Shown here piece after piece: positions 1 through 8,283 of a stretch of 64,000 bases of DNA (within the stretch, counting starts at the first letter, position 1; every line of letters starts with the position of its first letter). The notes under the pieces were generated by a model. The model was given only the letters and a program-made list of their open reading frames with translations, had not been told where the DNA came from and did not search any database. The position numbers were made by a program, and so were the translations under genes. Origin of the DNA: Candidatus Omnitrophota bacterium (lineage in GTDB: Bacteria; Omnitrophota; Gorgyraeia; Zapsychrales; JBAZNR01); NCBI GenBank assembly GCA_041649175.1, contig JBAZNR010000001.1, positions 975,497 through 1,039,496 of the forward strand, in the 5' to 3' direction.

Positions 1-3000
1 AGCGATGATAATGAGAGTCTTGCGGTCACCAACTTAATAAGATTAAGCCATCCTGGCTATGCGATGAATAATACTTTTTATGGCACCAAAAATCCTCTTA
101 ATGCTGACCAGACAAGAATCTTAATGTATGAATTAAGTAACACAACCAATAGCTCCGGTAATGGACGGGCGAATGTTTGGGGATTTATTGATCAATCAGA
201 ATGCCAAGCGCATAGCCCAACGCCTTGCTTGTTGAATTGGCAAACAGAAGATGAGTATAAACAGGCGGCAAGGCCCTTGCCGACTATTGACAATACTGGC
301 GCGCATCGTTGGAAAGTGGGAACGATTTTTTGGAGCCCGCTCGAAAGCGAAAAAGATGTTCTTTACGCTATTCCGAATGCCGAAATATATCATGTTTACA
401 AAATTAACGTAACGGACGATTCCGTAACCCAGCTTGCCAGTTTTGACCCCAGCGATGGAACAGATGTCAGTGGTACGGAATGCTATGGATTCACCGATCG
501 CAATACGTTTCGCTGCTCTTTTAAAGATAATGATTGGAGCACAGGCGGTTTTGAATTTGACGTTACGAATAATACAATTCTTCAGATCAGCCCTAGTTAT
601 TTTTCTGCCGTTTTGGATCCGGCTCGAGAATTTTGCCAGGCTCATCCCGGTAGTCCTTTGCCCGATGAGTATTATGGTTATCCGCATACCGGCAGTGGGC
701 ATAATGCCCTCAGCCAAAATAAACAGCATCACGCTATTGGGTATGGCACCAGGCCGGTAGGTGTTTGGCATTTTCCCACATGTACTTTTTATCCCGACAA
801 TACCCGTTCTGCCAATTATCCGCATGAGTTATTTTGGTATTATCCTAGCCATGTGACCTGGGCTAATGAACAGTCAGGCTATTTCTTTAGTGACAGTCCA
901 AATTCTTTTTATGGTTCTAGTCAGCGTAGCGGCCATAATACGCAACCGTGGTTAAAGACCGTTTCTTTATTTCAGATATTTTTTGACCGATCAACGGAAG
1001 TTTTTGATCATCATCATTTAATATCTTTTCAAACCGCAGGAAAATGGAATGAATTACATCCTGAGACTTGCGAAGCGTATGATGAAACGGCTCCCTGTGC
1101 TTACAACTGGACGTATAGCCCCTTGCCGTATGTTTCCAAAGATGGACGGCGATTATTTTTTACCAGCAGCATGGGGAAATATAGCTACACGGATCACAAT
1201 CTTAAAGGCGTAACGCCGTATGGCGGAGCGGGGCTTTTTATGGCTGTTCTGGCTCCGGCAAGCCAAGTGGATGAATGTATTGATAATGATAAAGACGGCT
1301 TTGGTCAGAATTGTGTTTTAGGTGATGATTGTGATGATAATGATCATTACATCCATCCTAATGCAAGCGAAGTTTATGACGATAGGGATAATAATTGCAA
1401 TGATGTCAAAGATTGCTCTGAAGATCCCAATTTGGTTTGTGCACCAAGAAATATTTATGTGGATAAGAGCAGTATGGGCGGTGCTTGCGATGATGGGCGC
1501 TCTAGGGGAGATAGTAGTCTGGCAACACCTTTTTGTACCATTCAAAAAGCGGCCGATGAAGCTTTACCCGGAGATTCCATTCTTATTAGGGCGGGGACAT
1601 ATAAGGAAAAAAGCCTTTTGATCGATAAGGGCGGGGCGGGCCCTGAGCATCGAGTAACTTTCAAGCCTTATGGAGCTGAATCAGTGACCATTCGACTTGG
1701 GGAGCATTACGATTCAGGCTGGGTTAATTCAGATAATGGTATTTATTCTAGAGATTTCTCCGGCAGCGGCTTTGACTTAACGAGTCTTAAGGCGATCGGG
1801 GAAAATTCCTATGGGCTTTTAGCGGCGGCTAATTTAGCTGAATTGCAAAGTGCCGGTTTTGCGGCAGGGCAAGATGCTTTTTACGTCGAGACAACGAACA
1901 ACACTGTTTACTTAAGGTTGGTAAATTTAAACCCGGAAAATGTATTTTTTGTGGATCGAGAGTCGGTTATCAAAGTGCAAAGCCCCTTTGTGACATTTGA
2001 AAACTTGAATATAGAATATGCGTATCAAGGATTTAGAGTGACTTTGTACGGTGTATGGGACGATTATGCTGAACACGGGCATTATTTTACATTAGTGAAT
2101 AGCCGGGTTAGAAATACATACTACGAAGGTTTGTATAGCGACCGGGACCATGTCATTATTGCGCGCAATCATTTCTCTTTTGCGGGAGTACCGGTCAAGT
2201 GGGACAGCGGAACCTTAGAAATTAATTACGATGCTACAGCTGTCGCGGCTAAGGGCGATTATGCCTTGATCGAAAATAATATTATCCAAGATACCGTGAC
2301 GTCGGTTGACTATCGATCTGATTCTCAGCCTCCCGGCTACGCGGTGCGAAACTTCATCATACGTAACAATAATTTAAAAGCTAGAGTAGTGGGGTCAGGC
2401 TTGGATGGTCTTTTTTATAATAATATTGTTTACGTTCCCGATGGCGTTGCGTTTTCCTTATATTATGAAACTAAAAACAATGGCGTTTATAATAATGTGT
2501 TTCATTCTTCCTCGGGTGTTTTATTAAGCAGGTATGGGGCGTCAGAGTACGTTGACTTCAGAAATAACATTATTTTAGGTACGAACAATGGACGCTGTAT
2601 GGATTTTGATCAGGGGTTAATTGGGACGTTCACGCTTGATCATAATGTTTATTATAATTGTTCGAAATATTATCGAGCGGATGAAGAGATCGGCGGAGGA
2701 TTTTCCGGTTATAAAAATTTTATGGTTGGCTATAATCAGGAACAAAATTCTTCCAACATTAATCCCTTGCTAGGCGCTGATACTTATTATCCGGCCGCGA
2801 ATAGCTCGATCATTGATGAGGGAATTCAGCTAAGCTCCTTTAATCAGGATGCTCGGGGGGTTTTAAGGCCTTCTGGCGAAGCTTGGGATGCCGGTGTTTA
2901 TGAAATGGTGGCTGGTACTGTTTGCGGAAATGCTGTTATTGAAGCAGGCGAACAATGTGATGACGGAAATTCTTCAGGCGGTGACGGCTGTTCGGCTATT

Positions 3001-6000
3001 TGCCAAGTCGAACAGGGGTATCTTCCGTCTCCGATTTGTTCCAACTCGATCGTTGAAACCGGAGAGCAATGCGATGATGGAAATTTAATAAACGGTGATG
3101 GCTGTTCTGCCGTCTGCCAAACAGAAGAACCGTTACCGCCGGTATGCTCCAACTCGATCATTGAAGAAGGCGAACAATGTGACGACGGAAATATCATTGA
3201 TGGTGACGGTTGTTCATCTCTTTGCCAGACGGAAGAGGCCAGTCCGTTTCTAACTTTCTTTGTTGACGCCAGTTTAAGCGCGGATTGCTTAGATAATAAT
3301 TATGATCCGTCTACGCGTAGTTGCGCCGGATCTTCGACGGGTTACAAGGGCTGGCGCAGTCCGGCTACGGCTTTGATCGCCATAAAGAATTTGCAAAATA
3401 ACAATACGATCGTAACAGGCGGGCATACGATTTATTTTCGTGCCGGAACGTATCGTGATTATTTAACCGATGTCCATTGGCCGTCCGGAGTGGAAGGAAA
3501 GCCTAATAAAATAGAAGGATATCAAAACGAAGAAGTTATTTTGTCAGGTACAAATATTAAAACAGTTTGGGAAGATATGGGCAATGGCGTTTATCGCACT
3601 GTTTTAGCAGGCAGTGAAGATGTTAACAGAGGAGTTTTTGAAGACGGCCAGGCTTTATATAGCGCCAGATTTCCGGAAGATTATCGAACAAGATTAGCTA
3701 GCTCAAGCAGTGACGATGGAGACAATGATCTCAACGATGGATTTACGCGTTATGGTTTGGTCGATTGCGATCTCAATCAACTTCCCGATGAGAAAATTAT
3801 CGGCTCTTGGGCCGAGATCATGACAGAATATCTTTGGAAAAAGAAAGCTAAGATCGTCGATTACGACCGGGATTCCTGCGAAGCAGTATTCTCTACTTCG
3901 ATCAATCCTATTGAAAATAATTTCCTGGAAATAAATGCGGACGGAACTTATAAAAATGGAGATCCGTCCAATGACAGCCCTTATCGGTTAGTTGATAATC
4001 TTAATTTGCTCGACACGCCCGGAGAATATCTTTATCAGTTCGGTGCGCTTTCGAGCGATCCGGACTATGTTTATGTTCGGCCTTTATCCCAAGAAGCTCC
4101 GCAAAATCATACATGGGAAGTATCGAGCAGGTCTGTGGTTGTCATTTTTCAACAGAATTCTCACCACATAGAATTTAGAAAATTTAACCTTCGTTTTGCG
4201 GGAGCTCACGGTTTATATGTGCATACGACCGATACGCCGGAATTGTTCCCAAATCACTTGGTCTTCGACAACCTGCATGTTTACAATAACGGCTCATCCG
4301 GAGTTTATTTTTATTCGTATAACAGCCATCTTGTTTTTGAGAATTCTTTGGTTGAGAATAACGGAGGGATAGGTCTTTTTTACGTCGGGCCGAATTTTGG
4401 TCCTAATGACAGCCAGTATCATCCGGTCAATTCGCAGATCCGCAATAATCAATTCATTAACAATATCAGCTGCGGCACGCTGACTTACTATACCAAAGAC
4501 CTTGTTTATCATGATAATTATTACGAAGGCAATGGTTTGTTCAATCTAAATTCGGCCGCATCTATTCATGATTCGTCCGATATTGAATTCTATAATAATC
4601 ACATCGTAAGAAACGGCGGTAACGGTATTTTGCTGGAAGGCCGTCCTACCTATCGCGTCTTGCGTGTCAATATCCATAATAATTTGATCGAAGAAGCGGC
4701 TTATTTGTCTCCGGCTTGGGTGACGGGTATTTGGCTCTCAGATACCGACAGCTCGCTCGTTGAGAATAATATTTTTCATACCCCTAACGGTGTAGCTTTG
4801 CATGTGGATTCCGGAAGAGATAACCGGGTGATCTATAATCAATTTTTAGATATTTTTGATAATGTTCCGACGATCACTTATGGCGCGGTGTTGTTGGAAA
4901 ATGCCGACTCTGATTCAAGGGAAATTACATGGCCGTACAGCATTAATAATACGATCGCCCACAACATTTTTATGGGTAGCTTTAAATATGGTTTGAAAGT
5001 ATACGCTGATTTTGAGGATGAAGAACCTTATGGCTCCAATGTTCGCGAGAATACCGTAGCGAATAATATTTTTTATTCGACATCAAGCGGTAAGGTTATT
5101 CCGACTTCTCTTCAATACGATGTTGACCATAGCTTAAATACTTATAACAACAACATCTATTTTGCTCCCAATGCCAGCGAAATAAAATTTGTTTATCAGA
5201 CTTTAGGCAACCAGGCTACGGCAGAATTTAATTTTGCTGATTTTCAAGAATTCTCCGGGCAGGAAAATAATTCCGCGGCCCTCGATCCGCTATTTACAAA
5301 TTTCAATGACGGCGACTTTACGTTGCTGCCCGGATCACCGGCGATAGATAATGCCATGCTTTTATTAGACATCAATGATCTGGATTATCGAGGGGTGGGC
5401 CCGGATATCGGTGCTATCGAATTTGCGTCGGCCCCTCTGTGCTCTAATTCTATTGTTGAAGAAGGCGAGCAGTGCGACGATGGAAATCTAGCCGACGAAG
5501 ATGGATGTTCGTCTACGTGTGAAGTGGAGCCTCAGCCGATCTTTATCAATCCGCCGCCGGGCAATAGTGAACCTGAGCCAATTCAAGGAAATCAGTCCGT
5601 TGGCCAATCTCAAGTTTCATCCGATAGCCAGGTTTCTCAGCGAACAACTGAGAGCAGCAGTGTTGATTCTTCGCAACAAGCGCCGATCGGATTTCCTGAT
5701 TCCGATCGTTCCGGTAGCGTTTCTTCTAAGCAGAATGCGCGGCAAGATGCGGCATTTAATTCAAGGAAAACTGTTTTTCCGGATCTCAACATAGCTGTTC
5801 CCGAGAATGAGCAAGGTCAATCGCTAGAGACTGCGGCGAACTTATTGGGGGCTAAGCATCCTCGTGTTTTTGGCCCCAAAAATCTAAAAATTGGAACAGG
5901 AAAAAATACTCCGATTTCTTGGAAAGAAACAGCAAGCAGCTATAGTGACAAAGCTAATGATGAGCTTAAAAAAGATAGTTTGAAGGGTTCTGCCGCAAAA

Positions 6001-6111
6001 ACACCGCATAAAACTTCAGCTGTGCCAATGTCTGCCGTAGCGATGAGCATTATTTTCCTTTGTGCTCTCGCGGCGATGGTCATTTTCTTGAGGAAATCTA
6101 TTAAGAAATAA
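1..6111 (+). CDS. Giant cell-surface protein, probably 5'-partial. Domains in order: beta-propeller-like N-terminal region, MopE-like Asp/Cys metal-binding motif, two right-handed parallel beta-helix (PbH1) modules, four Myxococcales-type Cys-rich repeats (GEQCDDGN..DGCS..CQ), Ser/Gln-rich low-complexity stalk, single C-terminal TM helix with a KSIKK tail.
   Basis: ORF track gives 64..6111 (2015 aa), but the reading frame stays open back to nt 1 and the first ATG has no RBS or signal peptide, so the gene probably begins upstream of the window. Two N-cap motifs of NosD/pectate-lyase-like beta-helices are present (TPFCTIQKAADEALPGDSILIRAGTYKE and NNNTIVTGGHTIYFRAGTYRD), each followed by many NN[IV]x repeats (NNIIQD, NNNLKA, NNIVYV, NNVFHS, NNIILG; second module NNQFIN, NNHIVRN, NNIFHT, NNIFYS). 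The stretch DCDDNDHYIHPNASEVYDDRDNNCNDVKDC matches the MopE-type putative metal-binding motif. The C-terminus ends ...AVAMSIIFLCALAAMVIFLRKSIKK. Confidence 0.8.
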   Translation, partial: SDDNESLAVTNLIRLSHPGYAMNNTFYGTKNPLNADQTRILMYELSNTTNSSGNGRANVWGFIDQSECQAHSPTPCLLNWQTEDEYKQAARPLPTIDNTGAHRWKVGTIFWSPLESEKDVLYAIPNAEIYHVYKINVTDDSVTQLASFDPSDGTDVSGTECYGFTDRNTFRCSFKDNDWSTGGFEFDVTNNTILQISPSYFSAVLDPAREFCQAHPGSPLPDEYYGYPHTGSGHNALSQNKQHHAIGYGTRPVGVWHFPTCTFYPDNTRSANYPHELFWYYPSHVTWANEQSGYFFSDSPNSFYGSSQRSGHNTQPWLKTVSLFQIFFDRSTEVFDHHHLISFQTAGKWNELHPETCEAYDETAPCAYNWTYSPLPYVSKDGRRLFFTSSMGKYSYTDHNLKGVTPYGGAGLFMAVLAPASQVDECIDNDKDGFGQNCVLGDDCDDNDHYIHPNASEVYDDRDNNCNDVKDCSEDPNLVCAPRNIYVDKSSMGGACDDGRSRGDSSLATPFCTIQKAADEALPGDSILIRAGTYKEKSLLIDKGGAGPEHRVTFKPYGAESVTIRLGEHYDSGWVNSDNGIYSRDFSGSGFDLTSLKAIGENSYGLLAAANLAELQSAGFAAGQDAFYVETTNNTVYLRLVNLNPENVFFVDRESVIKVQSPFVTFENLNIEYAYQGFRVTLYGVWDDYAEHGHYFTLVNSRVRNTYYEGLYSDRDHVIIARNHFSFAGVPVKWDSGTLEINYDATAVAAKGDYALIENNIIQDTVTSVDYRSDSQPPGYAVRNFIIRNNNLKARVVGSGLDGLFYNNIVYVPDGVAFSLYYETKNNGVYNNVFHSSSGVLLSRYGASEYVDFRNNIILGTNNGRCMDFDQGLIGTFTLDHNVYYNCSKYYRADEEIGGGFSGYKNFMVGYNQEQNSSNINPLLGADTYYPAANSSIIDEGIQLSSFNQDARGVLRPSGEAWDAGVYEMVAGTVCGNAVIEAGEQCDDGNSSGGDGCSAICQVEQGYLPSPICSNSIVETGEQCDDGNLINGDGCSAVCQTEEPLPPVCSNSIIEEGEQCDDGNIIDGDGCSSLCQTEEASPFLTFFVDASLSADCLDNNYDPSTRSCAGSSTGYKGWRSPATALIAIKNLQNNNTIVTGGHTIYFRAGTYRDYLTDVHWPSGVEGKPNKIEGYQNEEVILSGTNIKTVWEDMGNGVYRTVLAGSEDVNRGVFEDGQALYSARFPEDYRTRLASSSSDDGDNDLNDGFTRYGLVDCDLNQLPDEKIIGSWAEIMTEYLWKKKAKIVDYDRDSCEAVFSTSINPIENNFLEINADGTYKNGDPSNDSPYRLVDNLNLLDTPGEYLYQFGALSSDPDYVYVRPLSQEAPQNHTWEVSSRSVVVIFQQNSHHIEFRKFNLRFAGAHGLYVHTTDTPELFPNHLVFDNLHVYNNGSSGVYFYSYNSHLVFENSLVENNGGIGLFYVGPNFGPNDSQYHPVNSQIRNNQFINNISCGTLTYYTKDLVYHDNYYEGNGLFNLNSAASIHDSSDIEFYNNHIVRNGGNGILLEGRPTYRVLRVNIHNNLIEEAAYLSPAWVTGIWLSDTDSSLVENNIFHTPNGVALHVDSGRDNRVIYNQFLDIFDNVPTITYGAVLLENADSDSREITWPYSINNTIAHNIFMGSFKYGLKVYADFEDEEPYGSNVRENTVANNIFYSTSSGKVIPTSLQYDVDHSLNTYNNNIYFAPNASEIKFVYQTLGNQATAEFNFADFQEFSGQENNSAALDPLFTNFNDGDFTLLPGSPAIDNAMLLLDINDLDYRGVGPDIGAIEFASAPLCSNSIVEEGEQCDDGNLADEDGCSSTCEVEPQPIFINPPPGNSEPEPIQGNQSVGQSQVSSDSQVSQRTTESSSVDSSQQAPIGFPDSDRSGSVSSKQNARQDAAFNSRKTVFPDLNIAVPENEQGQSLETAANLLGAKHPRVFGPKNLKIGTGKNTPISWKETASSYSDKANDELKKDSLKGSAAKTPHKTSAVPMSAVAMSIIFLCALAAMVIFLRKSIKK
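2923..3234 (+). repeat. Three in-frame tandem DNA repeats (~108-114 nt period) encoding Cys-rich modules CxNxxIExGEQCDDGNxxxGDGCSxxCQxE.
   Basis: Direct reading shows near-identical units at 2923-3012, 3037-3126 and 3145-3234 (for example gaacaatgtgatgacggaaat, gagcaatgcgatgatggaaat, gaacaatgtgacgacggaaat). A fourth diverged copy lies at 5440-5529. Confidence 0.8.
5440..5529 (+). repeat. Fourth, diverged copy of the Cys-rich repeat module (LCSNSIVEEGEQCDDGNLADEDGCSSTCEVE).
   Basis: Same motif as the 2923-3234 repeats, located 2.2 kb downstream in the same gene. Confidence 0.7.
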
Positions 6112-6137
6112 TTTCGACCGAAATTTTAAAAGCGGAT

Positions 6138-7277
6138 TTAGATAATTTTTAGAACGGATTCTGCCGCGCGCCGGCTGGCACCGGGCTCACCGAGGGAAGA
6201 TTTCACAAAGCCAAGAGCGCTTTTGATCTGGTTCATCTTAAATTCATTGGATGAAATGCTTTTGAGTTCGTTGGCAATATGAACCGCTGTCGCTTCAAAT
6301 TGTATACATTCCGGAACGATTTTTTGTCCCGCCACGATATTGACCAGCCCGATGCAGGGAATTTTCACAAATAATTTCGCCAGCATCCAGGTCAAAAGCG
6401 ATGTTTTATAAATAACGACCATCGGTTTTTGTAAAATGGCTGTTTCCAGCGTCGCTGTTCCGGAGGCGACCATACAAATATCGCACGCGTTAATTCCAAC
6501 ATAAGTTTGGTCATCAATGATCTTGATCGGGAAATTGTAATGACGGATAGGGTGTTCTAAAACGCTCTTGCTGATCGTGGATGCTCGCATCAAAAGAAAT
6601 TGTAATTTTTGGTTTTGCTGGTAAAGAATATTGGCGGCGCCTAACATCACCGGTAAATGTGTTTCCACTTCCTTTTGACGCGACCCGGGTAAAAGCCCGA
6701 TGGTTAATTTATTAGTGGCGAAATTAATAGAGCGAAAAAGCATATCGCGCGAGACCTGGACGTTGATCATATCCAGTAAAGGGTGTCCCACAAAATCCGC
6801 ATCAATGCCGTGTTTTGCGTAGAGTTCTTTTTCAAATTGGAATAGAACAAGCATTTTGTCCACGCATTCTTTAATGAGAGCTACGCGGTCTTCTTTCCAC
6901 GCCCAGATCTGTGGGCTAATATAGTAAATAACTTTAACACCTTTTTTCTTTAGTTCGCGGGCCAGGCGTAAATTAAATCCGGGATAATCAACGAGGATAA
7001 CGGCGGTAGGCTTGATCTCATCTATTTTTGCTAAGACGAGATTAAATATTTTCTTGATCTCGCTAAAATGTTTTAAAACTTCCACAAAACCAACGACCGC
7101 CAGATCGGTGATGTCCGCAAAAAGCTTAACGCCGCTGGCGCGCATTTTTCCTCCGCCCACGCCTGAAAAAATAATGGAAGGATCAAGCAGTTTGATTTCA
7201 TCAACTAAGCTGGCAGCATGCATATCACCGGAAGCTTCGCCGGCAATAATTAGGATATGTTTTTCTTTGGAGTCCAT
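6138..7277 (-). CDS. lpxB: Lipid-A-disaccharide synthase
   Basis: 379 aa. N-terminal HILIIAGEASGDMHAASLV, YYISPQIWAWKEDR and overall GT19 architecture are typical of LpxB. Confidence 0.9.
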   Translation of the reverse strand: MDSKEKHILIIAGEASGDMHAASLVDEIKLLDPSIIFSGVGGGKMRASGVKLFADITDLAVVGFVEVLKHFSEIKKIFNLVLAKIDEIKPTAVILVDYPGFNLRLARELKKKGVKVIYYISPQIWAWKEDRVALIKECVDKMLVLFQFEKELYAKHGIDADFVGHPLLDMINVQVSRDMLFRSINFATNKLTIGLLPGSRQKEVETHLPVMLGAANILYQQNQKLQFLLMRASTISKSVLEHPIRHYNFPIKIIDDQTYVGINACDICMVASGTATLETAILQKPMVVIYKTSLLTWMLAKLFVKIPCIGLVNIVAGQKIVPECIQFEATAVHIANELKSISSNEFKMNQIKSALGFVKSSLGEPGASRRAAESVLKII

Positions 7278-8185
7278 ATTTTTTTGATGATCTGAAGGGC
7301 GACTCTTAGCGCTTCGGTGCCTTCAACACCGGAAACGACCGGTTGTTGATCGCCGGCAATGCAATCAATAAAAGATTCCAGCTCTTTTTTGAGCGGCTCT
7401 TCTTTTTCAATAGGCAAGGCGTGCTTGGAGATGAGCTGGTTGTGCTTTTTATAGATGAAGGCTTCTTGCTTGGGATAATCTAAAGAAATATAAGTGTCGG
7501 GAAGGAAAATGCGTATTTTTCGGGTAACATCGTCGGAAACACGGCTGGCGGTCAAGTTGCAGACGCAACCGTTTTTAAAGGTGATGCGGGCATTGGCGAT
7601 ATCTTCCTTATCTGTTAAAACCGGAACGCCGATAGCCTGAATATCTTTAATAGGAGCATTAACCAATCCTAAAATAATATCAATGTCATGGATCATGAGA
7701 TCCATCACGACGCCGATATCCAAAGAACGGTTGGGGAAATGGTTAAGCCGATGACATTCGACAAATAAAGGATTCTTAGCTAGGGTTTTGATCGCTTCAA
7801 ACGCGGAATTAAACCTCTCCACGTGGCCCACTTGAAGCTTAAGGTTGTTTTTTTGAGCTAAAGCGACCAGTTTCTCGGCCTCTTTAACTGTTGTGGTGAT
7901 AGGTTTTTCGACTAAGGTGTGAATGCCGTTATTTAGGAAATCTTTCGCGACTTTAAAATGATTAATGGTAGGAACGCAAATACTGGCGGCGTCGATTTTC
8001 CCGGCAAGATCACGGTGGTCTTTAAAGAAGGGAATTTTATATTGCTCAAAAAGTTCTTGGGCTCGCTCTGCTTTTGTATCGCAAATACCGACCACATTAA
8101 CTTTTTCGGAAAGTTCTTGATAGACTTTTAAATGGCGAGAACCCAAATGCCCAATGCCGATAACTGCCACATTGATCTTTTTCAT
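7250..8185 (-). CDS. Gfo/Idh/MocA-family NAD(P)-dependent oxidoreductase, translationally coupled to lpxB. Possibly a UDP-GlcNAc 3-dehydrogenase (GnnA-like).
   Basis: Rossmann N-terminus MKKINVAVIGIGHLGSRH and a Gfo/Idh/MocA C-domain. ORF track begins at 8236, but the MKKINVAVIG start at 8185 is more plausible. The 3' end overlaps the lpxB start by 28 nt. Confidence 0.7.
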   Translation of the reverse strand: MKKINVAVIGIGHLGSRHLKVYQELSEKVNVVGICDTKAERAQELFEQYKIPFFKDHRDLAGKIDAASICVPTINHFKVAKDFLNNGIHTLVEKPITTTVKEAEKLVALAQKNNLKLQVGHVERFNSAFEAIKTLAKNPLFVECHRLNHFPNRSLDIGVVMDLMIHDIDIILGLVNAPIKDIQAIGVPVLTDKEDIANARITFKNGCVCNLTASRVSDDVTRKIRIFLPDTYISLDYPKQEAFIYKKHNQLISKHALPIEKEEPLKKELESFIDCIAGDQQPVVSGVEGTEALRVALQIIKKIWTPKKNIS

Positions 8186-8243
8186 TGGCTGACTATAACA
8201 AATCTTTCCGCAAAAGTCAAATGAGGCCATGGGCATAAATCGC

Positions 8244-8272
8244 TCGACAAAAGTTTATCGCTATGCTAATAT
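8244..8272 (+). promoter_or_regulatory. Sigma70-like promoter TCGACA-17 nt-TAATAT immediately upstream of the msbA-like gene. Predicted TSS ~8279-8280, 4-5 nt before the ATG at 8284.
   Basis: Hexamers read directly: tcgaca 8244-8249, 17-nt spacer, taatat 8267-8272. Confidence 0.45.
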
Positions 8273-8283
8273 GCCCCCCAAAC

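Noticed and set aside
196-825. 209-aa minus-strand ORF and 108-aa + ORF (434..760) inside the giant gene
   Set aside because: They are fully embedded in a long, domain-rich + frame ORF. Their composition is typical of out-of-frame translation.
2898-3197. 99-aa minus-strand ORF with its own internal repeats (FPSSHCSP...)
   Set aside because: It is the antisense shadow of the in-frame Cys-repeat DNA of the giant + strand gene, with no independent start or RBS context.
2923-3234. Possible CRISPR array, because of ~110-nt periodic repeats
   Set aside because: The repeats are in-frame coding sequence for Cys-rich protein modules, no spacer-like unique segments are present, and there are no cas genes.
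8263-8283. ORF-track start codon of msbA at 8263
   Set aside because: It lies within the predicted promoter spacer and -10 region. Homologues start with a short basic N-terminus like MKNYFKLL at 8284.
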